Shown piece by piece: positions 57,004-64,000 of a DNA stretch of 64,000 nucleotides. Below the pieces are notes generated by a model that was given only the letters and a program-made list of their open reading frames with translations, had not been told where the DNA came from and searched no databases. A program made the position numbers and the translations under genes. The stretch is from a virus, in IMG/VR virus record IMGVR_UViG_3300008267_000003, positions 1 through 64,000 of that record. One strand, 5' to 3'. Each line of letters starts with the position of its first letter. Position 1 is the first letter of the stretch.

Positions 57004-59028
57004 ATGGCATTTAACCCTATAGATAGAGCAAAGGTTACAACCACTACAACAGGAACAGGTAACGTTGTATTGGATTCCGCTGTGTCTGGTTATCAGGATT
57101 TTGCTGGTGTTGGTGATCAAAACCAGACGTACTATACTATTGAAAATGGAACAGAATGGGAAACTGGTATTGGTACCATTAATCGACCAGCATCTAGCTA
57201 TTACTTTAGTAATAATTCAAGTATTCTTGTTCCTGGAAATTCAGCTTTTGATTTTGGTGCTGGTAATTTCACTATTGAATGTTGGATATACCCAGAAAGT
57301 CTTGTCACCCCTTCAACTCAGCTTATTGTTGATGCTTGGAACAATTCACCCACCAGATTTTTATTGAGGATTAATAGCGGAATTTTACAATTCTTTCAAT
57401 TTCCTGGTATCTCACAGAACATAAACTACACTTTACCTGCTGCAAATCAATGGTATCATGTGGCTGCTGTTAGGAATGGAACCACTACAAATCTATATGT
57501 TGATGGTGTCAGTAGAGGCACTCCAGTAACTCCTGGTGCTAATTCTATTACTTCTAGTACTGCATCGTGGAGTATTAGTAGAGTTAGTGCGGAGTTTTTC
57601 CAGGGATATATTTCAAACGTACGAATAGTTAAAGGCACAGCTTTATACACAGCTGGTTTTACACCGCCAACATCTCCCTTATCAGTAGTTTCTGGTACAA
57701 GTATACTCACATGCCAGTCAAGAACTATTGTAGATAACAGTCTCAATTCATTTCAATTAACACGGTCATACCAAAATACTTCCAGTATTCTATTTCCTTC
57801 AACTATTACTCCATCTTTTTCAAGCTATCCAAGTGCTTTAGAAAGAGATATTGTTTTGGATTCTAGTAATGGTGGATCGCTTGTAAATTTCTCAGCAGGA
57901 ACTAAAAACGTATTCATACCTCAACCAGCTGAAAATACTCAGGGTACAACACCAACCGCAGATAATAGTTCAATTGGAACAAATCTAGTTGCATGGAATA
58001 ACTTTCAAAAGAATCTATACAAGAGTATAAACTCCGGAGTCACATTCAAGAACAACAATACTGATGGTATTGTATCAACGTATTCTTTGGTATATGCTAC
58101 CAGTACAGCTTTCCGAGGTGGTGTTCTAGCACCCAACGGTGATATACATCTTGTGCCGTATTTTGCTAATAGAGGACAAAAAGTATCTTCTGCTGGTGTA
58201 GTTTCTACATATTCATTGGTGTATACTTTAGCTACTGGTGCATATGCTGGTGGGGTTTTAGCTCCCAATGGAGAAGTACATTTTGTACCTTATGCGGCAG
58301 TTAGAGGTCAAAAAGTGAGTGCATCTGGAGTAGTGTCAACATACTCACTAGTGTATACCACAACAACTGCCTACACCGGTGGTGCTTTAGCGCCTAATGG
58401 TGACATTCATTTTGTTCCAACCGATGCTGTCAGAGGTCAAAAAGTATCTGCGGCTGGTGTTGTATCTACTTATTCTCTAGTATATACTGCATCTGGTGCT
58501 CATAACGGTGGTGTTCTTGCACCTGATGGTGATATACATTTTATACCAGCAAGTGCAAACAGAGGTCAAAAGATATCATCTAGTGGAGTTGTGTCCACGT
58601 ACTCTCTAGTATATACTACTACTAACGCTTATGCTGGTGGTGTGTTAGCACCTAATGGTGATATACATTTTATTCCACAAAGTGCAAACAGAGGTCAGAA
58701 AATATCAGCTCTTGGTATAGTGTCCACGTACTCTCTAGTATATACTACTACTAACGCTTATGCTGGTGGTGTGTTAGCACCTAATGGTGATATACATTTT
58801 ATTCCACAAAATGCTAATAGGGGTCAGAAAATATCAGCTCTTGGTATAGTGTCAACGTATTCTTTAGTATACACTATATCTAATGGATACATTGGTGGAA
58901 TTCTTCAGTCCGATGGTACTATCTATTTCGTACCTTTATCCGGAGCTGTTGGGCAAAAAATATCTACCTGCCCAGGCATACCTTTTAAATCAGAAACTTG
59001 TCTTTCTCCGTTTTTAAATAAATATTAA
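57004..59028 (+). CDS. Paralog with LamG insert and 7 repeats
   Basis: Same N-domain; FTIECWIY...WYHVA.VR...LYVDG...GYISNVRIVKG; 7 repeats. Confidence 0.8.
   Translation: MAFNPIDRAKVTTTTTGTGNVVLDSAVSGYQDFAGVGDQNQTYYTIENGTEWETGIGTINRPASSYYFSNNSSILVPGNSAFDFGAGNFTIECWIYPESLVTPSTQLIVDAWNNSPTRFLLRINSGILQFFQFPGISQNINYTLPAANQWYHVAAVRNGTTTNLYVDGVSRGTPVTPGANSITSSTASWSISRVSAEFFQGYISNVRIVKGTALYTAGFTPPTSPLSVVSGTSILTCQSRTIVDNSLNSFQLTRSYQNTSSILFPSTITPSFSSYPSALERDIVLDSSNGGSLVNFSAGTKNVFIPQPAENTQGTTPTADNSSIGTNLVAWNNFQKNLYKSINSGVTFKNNNTDGIVSTYSLVYATSTAFRGGVLAPNGDIHLVPYFANRGQKVSSAGVVSTYSLVYTLATGAYAGGVLAPNGEVHFVPYAAVRGQKVSASGVVSTYSLVYTTTTAYTGGALAPNGDIHFVPTDAVRGQKVSAAGVVSTYSLVYTASGAHNGGVLAPDGDIHFIPASANRGQKISSSGVVSTYSLVYTTTNAYAGGVLAPNGDIHFIPQSANRGQKISALGIVSTYSLVYTTTNAYAGGVLAPNGDIHFIPQNANRGQKISALGIVSTYSLVYTISNGYIGGILQSDGTIYFVPLSGAVGQKISTCPGIPFKSETCLSPFLNKY
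58591..58853 (+). repeat. Near-identical 129-bp tandem repeat
   Basis: 58591-58681 is identical to 58720-58810; 58693-58724 is identical to 58822-58853. Confidence 0.9.
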
Positions 59029-59037
59029 GGATTCAAA

Positions 59038-60930
59038 GTGCCATACGTTGTCAAAGATAGAGTAGCAGTCACATCAACATCTACAGGAACTGGTAACCTA
59101 GCTCTTGGATCTGCTGCATCTGGCTATCAGAGCTTTTCAGTTATTGGTGAAGGTAATCAAACATCGTATAGTATTACTGATGGCACTGATTGGGAGGTTG
59201 GATCGGGTACATACGCAACAGGGTGGAGTAATCAATTTCGTGGAACTGTTAATACTGTCACAGACTTTCTGAGGACTTCTGATAACGCATTGCTGAACCC
59301 GGAAACTAGTGATTTTGTTATGGAGGCCTGGGTGTATATTACCAGTACTACCGGTAATAATCAGGGTATAAACGGTAAGGGAACTGTTGGTACAAATGGA
59401 TATTCATTTTTTGTAACTAACGGATTAGTGCTCAGTTTTACATGGGATGGAACTGGAGGTACAACAATTACAGCCGGTACACTCTCTCTCAACACATGGG
59501 CCCATGTTGCAGTTGTAAGAAATAGCAATGTAATTCGACTATATCTAAACGGAGTCGGGGCTGCATCATCCACTGCTTGTACAACAAATATTACATCTAC
59601 CTCAAATAAGTTCATTGGGTCTGAGCGAAGTCCTAATCCTCTAGTGGGTTACATAAGCAACTATAGGATGACTAAAGGAACCCTTCCATCCGGATATGAT
59701 GCAACATTATCCACTCTCACTGTACCAACATCGCCTTTGACAGATATATCTGGCACCAGCATATTAACTTGCCGAACTGGTGTACTTGAAGATATAAGTT
59801 CTAACAATCTACCTATTTCACGATTTGGACTTGTAACTCCAAACACACTTATTCCGTTTACTGGATTAACTCCTTCTCTATCTAGAGATCAAATATACGA
59901 ATCATCCAATAGTGACAGTGCTGTCAACTGGGGAAGTGGTACTAAAAATGTAATCGTATCGTTTTTAGCAGATAATACAATAGGCAGTGCTCCTAGAGTA
60001 GACGAAACAAACATTTCTTCAGATCTTACTGAGTGGTATAATTTAAAAAAGCAGATGGACAGGGGAGTGGTGAATAGTAATCCTTATGACAATAACGGTA
60101 CTGGTGGAGTAGTATCAACGTATTCTTTAGTTTACACTACCACAAACTCTTATGCAGGTGGAGTTCTTCAACCTAACGGTGATGTTCATTTTGTACCTTA
60201 TGCGGCAGTTAGAGGTCAAAAAGTTAGCTCATCGGGCGTTGTATCAACTTATTCGTTAGTATATACAGCGGCAACAGCTTACTACGGTGGGGTACTTGCA
60301 CCGAATGGTGATGTTCATTTTGTACCTTTTAATACTGATAGAGGACAGAAAGTTTCTTCTACCGGTGTAGTTTCAACGTATTCGTTGGTCCACGCCCCTG
60401 CAAATGCTTATTTGGGTGGTGTTCTTGCTCCTAATGGAGATATTCACTTCATTCCATTTAGTGCCAGTGTAGGTCAAAAGGTATCTGCTGCTGGAACTGT
60501 GTCTACGTATTCCATATTAACCACTGTTTCCAGTGCATATTCTGGTGGTGTCCTTTCACCTAATGGTGATATACATTTTATACCATATTCAACTTCCGTT
60601 GGCCAGAAAATATCAATTGCTGGAGTTGTATCCACTTACTCTTTAGTATATACAGTCACTGCTGCTTATCAAGGAGGTGTTCTTGCTCCTAATGGAGATA
60701 TTTACTTCATTCCATTTAGTGCCAATAGAGGCCAAAAGGTATCTGCTGCTGGTGTTGTATCTACATACTCTTTGGTGTATACTACTTCTAACGCTTACTT
60801 AGGTGGAGTACTAACACCTGATGGCGAGATAATCTTTGTACCTAGAAATGCTATTAGAGGACAATCAATATCCACTGGAGTTGAAACACCAATTGGATAT
60901 TGCTTAGCCCCACATTTTAATAAATTATAA
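59038..60930 (+). CDS. Paralog with LamG insert and 6 repeats
   Basis: GTG start; same architecture. Confidence 0.8.
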   Translation: MPYVVKDRVAVTSTSTGTGNLALGSAASGYQSFSVIGEGNQTSYSITDGTDWEVGSGTYATGWSNQFRGTVNTVTDFLRTSDNALLNPETSDFVMEAWVYITSTTGNNQGINGKGTVGTNGYSFFVTNGLVLSFTWDGTGGTTITAGTLSLNTWAHVAVVRNSNVIRLYLNGVGAASSTACTTNITSTSNKFIGSERSPNPLVGYISNYRMTKGTLPSGYDATLSTLTVPTSPLTDISGTSILTCRTGVLEDISSNNLPISRFGLVTPNTLIPFTGLTPSLSRDQIYESSNSDSAVNWGSGTKNVIVSFLADNTIGSAPRVDETNISSDLTEWYNLKKQMDRGVVNSNPYDNNGTGGVVSTYSLVYTTTNSYAGGVLQPNGDVHFVPYAAVRGQKVSSSGVVSTYSLVYTAATAYYGGVLAPNGDVHFVPFNTDRGQKVSSTGVVSTYSLVHAPANAYLGGVLAPNGDIHFIPFSASVGQKVSAAGTVSTYSILTTVSSAYSGGVLSPNGDIHFIPYSTSVGQKISIAGVVSTYSLVYTVTAAYQGGVLAPNGDIYFIPFSANRGQKVSAAGVVSTYSLVYTTSNAYLGGVLTPDGEIIFVPRNAIRGQSISTGVETPIGYCLAPHFNKL

Positions 60931-60950
60931 ACTATTTGAAGTGAGGTATT

Positions 60951-62315
60951 ATGTATAATCGAGATAAAATAATTAGTGTGATGCAAGAAATATATGATGA
61001 ATCTAAAACGATTCAGCCTTATGTAATGATTGCACAACCAAGACGAGATTTGAGTGAGACTGCTGCTCAGAACTTTGATGGATATGAAGGCCTCCATGTA
61101 GACCTCATGGGCTTCTCTCATGGTTTCTGTAACATTGGGGGTGAGAAGGTTGATGTTGCAAGAAACTATTTGATTGAACGAGCGTTAGAAAGTGGTGCAA
61201 AATACCTTCTCTTTATTGGTGAAGATACGGTAGTTCCCTATGATGCGTTTAAGAAACTTATGAGAACAGCTGAGCAGAATCCAAATTCGGTTGTTACAGG
61301 TGTTTACTACATTAAGTGTTCTGATGCCATGATCATGGTTCGTGAAGGCAACTGGATCACTATACCAAATGTTGACCCTGGTCAAGTAATTGATGCTTGG
61401 CAAACAGGTATGGACATTATGTTGATACCAATTGAGATTCTTCGTCAGATGAAGGAAGAAGATCCGGAACTTCCGTTCTGTTGCATTGGCACAAATATCA
61501 ACGATGAAATTCCATTTATTGGTGAAGATAATTTCTTCGTTCATAGGTTGCATAAACGTGGAACAAAGTTACTTGTAGACACAGATGTTCAATGTTTGCA
61601 TATGGATTTAGCAACTGGAATGTATACCGCACATCCATCAGTTGACTTGAAAAACTACTATACAAATATCAAGCCAACAAGACCATTAACATTGGACGAC
61701 AAAGACTTTATTGATCGTCGTTGGATAGATAGATTGCCGGAAGGTACTGGGCCATCAAAAGGCTACAAGAGTCTTATTAACCAAATGATGGAAGAAGGGC
61801 AACCTCTCAAGTTTAACATTGGTTGTGGTAGAGACAAAATTCCAGGGTATATTGGTGTTGACAAGTATGATAATTCAGCTGATATTAACGAAGATATCTT
61901 TGAAGTTGATCTTCCGGAAGCGTGTGCAGATGAAATCATGGCTTCTCATTTAATTGAGCATATACCTCACCATAGAGGTCCAGAGTTGCTTAAGAAGTGG
62001 TTTGATGTGTTAAAGCCTGGTGGCAAACTTGTAATGGAATTGCCGGACCTTGAAGGTCTGTGTAGATCTTTCGTTGAAGCAGAGACTGATGATGAGAGGT
62101 ACTGGCTCACCGTGTGTATTTACGGCGTTGCTCATGGTGAAGAAGTACCGTCAGAAGAAGTTAAGAAGTACGGTACAAAGTCACCACACCTGTGGGGATA
62201 CTATCCAAAAGTGTTGAGTGATATATTAACCGAGATTGGATACAAAGACATTCAAATCTTACCTCAGCAGGGTATGCACATAGGTAAGAACTTTAGATTG
62301 GAGGCAGTAAAATGA
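60951..62315 (+). CDS. GT2-like glycosyltransferase fused to a SAM methyltransferase (type 11-like)
   Basis: VDVARN, YLLFIGED.V.P, GED.FF, D.DV.C.H; then NIGCG, GVD, ASH.IEH, LKPGG.L..E.PD. Confidence 0.8.
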   Translation: MYNRDKIISVMQEIYDESKTIQPYVMIAQPRRDLSETAAQNFDGYEGLHVDLMGFSHGFCNIGGEKVDVARNYLIERALESGAKYLLFIGEDTVVPYDAFKKLMRTAEQNPNSVVTGVYYIKCSDAMIMVREGNWITIPNVDPGQVIDAWQTGMDIMLIPIEILRQMKEEDPELPFCCIGTNINDEIPFIGEDNFFVHRLHKRGTKLLVDTDVQCLHMDLATGMYTAHPSVDLKNYYTNIKPTRPLTLDDKDFIDRRWIDRLPEGTGPSKGYKSLINQMMEEGQPLKFNIGCGRDKIPGYIGVDKYDNSADINEDIFEVDLPEACADEIMASHLIEHIPHHRGPELLKKWFDVLKPGGKLVMELPDLEGLCRSFVEAETDDERYWLTVCIYGVAHGEEVPSEEVKKYGTKSPHLWGYYPKVLSDILTEIGYKDIQILPQQGMHIGKNFRLEAVK

Positions 62316-62743
62316 GTAGTATTTCGCTTGAAGGGTTATCTGGGGTTGCTGGTGATGAACGATCTCTAGCTATTCTTAAAGTCAGTCATAATGATCAGGA
62401 ATATGATTGGTCGGTGTATATTCCAGCAAATGCGGATCTTTCTACTTACTTGAGCTCTATAGAGTCACAGGTTTATTCTGATATCGACTCAAAAGAAGCT
62501 CAGTGGGAAGCATTAAGTCCTAAAACCAGAGAATACACAGATCCTTTCACTAACAATATCGAAACCGTAGAAATTTTAAAAGGTGAAATTGTTAGGCCCG
62601 ATATTCCGGACTATTACGCTCTTCGTAGGGTGGAATATCCTTCTCTTGGGGATCAGCTTGATGCTATGTGGAAGGGTGGAAGTGCTGCTTCCGACATGCA
62701 AGCTAAGATTACTGCAATTAAAACCAAATATCCAAAACCATGA
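62312..62743 (+). CDS. Tail fiber assembly/accessory-like protein
   Basis: C-terminal Y..LRR.EYP..GDQLD..W...I.AIK.KYPKP. Confidence 0.7.
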   Translation: MSSISLEGLSGVAGDERSLAILKVSHNDQEYDWSVYIPANADLSTYLSSIESQVYSDIDSKEAQWEALSPKTREYTDPFTNNIETVEILKGEIVRPDIPDYYALRRVEYPSLGDQLDAMWKGGSAASDMQAKITAIKTKYPKP

Positions 62744-63009
62744 TACTTAAAAAACAGCATGCTAATAAATTGATAAATATAGAAAGCTCACCTGAAGTAG
62801 AGATTGCTTCAGGTGAATTTGACGCTGGTGATGTATTAATTTTATTTAACAACAGCGAATTTTTACTGAAGATTAACTCTCACATAAAAAATACTTATAG
62901 ATCCGGAACACATAACTCGGTCAAAGAAATGCGCTTTCTTCCAAGATGTTTAATAAATGCGGCTTTCATAGACTCTGAAACTGTAGTATTTTCTGGAGGC
63001 TCATCATGA
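62740..63009 (+). CDS. Stand-alone homolog of the C-terminal domain of the 52127-55624 fiber
   Basis: F..GD...FNN...Y.SG...FI....V..G shared with the fiber C-terminus. Confidence 0.65.
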   Translation: MILKKQHANKLINIESSPEVEIASGEFDAGDVLILFNNSEFLLKINSHIKNTYRSGTHNSVKEMRFLPRCLINAAFIDSETVVFSGGSS

Positions 63010-63116
63010 GTGGAATATTCATGGTTCTATTTGTCAGCCCGCAAGCACAGGTACAGGTTCTTACTCTGGGAACATTTTCTGGCGAACCATTATCAGATGT
63101 AGGCTTTGCAGGATAG
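63006..63116 (+). CDS. 36-aa peptide (not in ORF track)
   Basis: GGAGG SD, ATGA overlap; MSGIFMVLFVSPQAQVQVLTLGTFSGEPLSDVGFAG*. Confidence 0.5.
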   Translation: MSGIFMVLFVSPQAQVQVLTLGTFSGEPLSDVGFAG

Positions 63117-63147
63117 CATCATTACCAATTAACATAAGATCAAAAAA

Positions 63148-63888
63148 ATGGCCACACCTACAACAAGAAGCGAATTTAAAGAATACTGCCTTAGAAAATT
63201 AGGTAAGCCTGTTATTGAGATTAATGTTGATGATGATCAGGTTGAAGACAGAATAGATGAGGCTTTGAGATACTACTGGGATTATCATTTTGATGGATCT
63301 GAGAAGTTGTATTACAAACATCAGGTAACAGCTAATAATGTTGTTGATAAGTATATAACCCTTCCTGAAAATATTATTGGAGCTGTACGTATATTTAATA
63401 TTGGTGATCCTATGGTTACCAATAACCTTTTTGATATAAGATATCAGATTGCTTTGAATGACCTATACACTTTGACATCGGTCTCGATGATTCCTTACTA
63501 TATGGCGTTCCAGCATATTCAACTTCTAGAGCAGCTTTTAGTTGGTCAACAGCCAATTAGATATAACCGACACACAAACAAACTATACGTTGATATGGAT
63601 TGGAATAAAGTAAATGTTGGTAATTTTTTAATTGTTGAAGCGTATGAAACTATTAATCCAAACACTTACACTGATGCGTGGGGTGATAGATGGTTAGCAC
63701 GGTATGCAGCTGCTTTAATTAAGCGTCAGTGGGGATCAAACCTAACTAAATTCTCTGGTATGCAGCTACCCGGCGGTGTTCAGTTTAACGGAGATAAAAT
63801 ATATAATGACGCTGACAACGAAGTTGAAGCACTGGAAAAAGAAATGATTGTTAGCTACTCACTTCCTGTCACAGACATGATAGGATAA
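63148..63888 (+). CDS. 13: Neck protein gp13
   Basis: YCLRKLG.PVIEINVDDDQ.EDRIDEAL, YHFDG, K.QWG.NL.KF.G.QLPGGV..NG. Confidence 0.95.
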   Translation: MATPTTRSEFKEYCLRKLGKPVIEINVDDDQVEDRIDEALRYYWDYHFDGSEKLYYKHQVTANNVVDKYITLPENIIGAVRIFNIGDPMVTNNLFDIRYQIALNDLYTLTSVSMIPYYMAFQHIQLLEQLLVGQQPIRYNRHTNKLYVDMDWNKVNVGNFLIVEAYETINPNTYTDAWGDRWLARYAAALIKRQWGSNLTKFSGMQLPGGVQFNGDKIYNDADNEVEALEKEMIVSYSLPVTDMIG

Positions 63889-63889
63889 A

Positions 63890-64000
63890 ATGGCTACTTC
63901 ATTCTTCTTTAATAATTTTGGAGCTAGCCAAGAACAACTTCTTATTGAAAATCTTGTTGTTGAATCCATTAAAATATATGGGCATGATATTTTCTATCTA
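63890..64000 (+). CDS. 14: Neck protein gp14, 3'-truncated
   Basis: MATSFFFNN....EQ.L.E.LV.ESIKIYG.D..Y. Confidence 0.9.
   Translation, partial: MATSFFFNNFGASQEQLLIENLVVESIKIYGHDIFYL

Noticed and set aside
56040-60870. CRISPR array or diversity-generating retroelement
   Set aside because: Repeats are in-frame coding units with synonymous divergence and no spacers; no reverse transcriptase and no evident adenine-specific TR/VR pair in the window
1-64000. Stop-codon reassignment, introns, inteins, homing endonucleases, integrase
   Set aside because: Core genes are full length in the standard code with all three stops used; no interrupted genes or such motifs recognised

Overview
This window is part of a large T4-like (Tevenvirinae-like) myophage genome. 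The host is probably a betaproteobacterium, inferred from the PqqA sequence and the rubrerythrin type. 1-6000: short early/accessory ORFs with sigma70 promoters, a GC-rich hairpin/repeat island (1175-1460), an LMW phosphatase and a DUF932 gene. 6000-8130: auxiliary locus containing a 24-aa PQQ precursor pqqA (missed by the ORF track), a circularly permuted two-piece tmRNA gene (tag ANDSEYALAA), rubrerythrin, an SGNH hydrolase and a SleB-like hydrolase. 8124-9929: gp33, gp59, gp32. 9956-15140 (minus): gp4, gp2, gp54-like, gp26-like, a start-less gp51-like ORF apparently reached by a -1 programmed frameshift (T TTT TTT plus a stem-loop 7 nt downstream), and a tape-measure-like protein with a lysozyme domain. 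15150-36906: baseplate (gp48, 53, 27-like, 5, PAAR, 25, 6, 7, 8), a VrlC-like protein and fibers. 36906-49170: three Cys-rich RCC1-repeat proteins followed by a glycosylation cassette (GT25, GT-A-like, TPR-GT9, methyltransferase, GT9-like, split HldE, HldD) for ADP-heptose metabolism. 49201-63116: further fibers, three paralogous repeat-propeller proteins with LamG insertions, a GT2-methyltransferase fusion and fiber accessory proteins. 63148-64000: neck gp13 and the start of gp14. Family calls come from motif recognition and synteny, not database searches.
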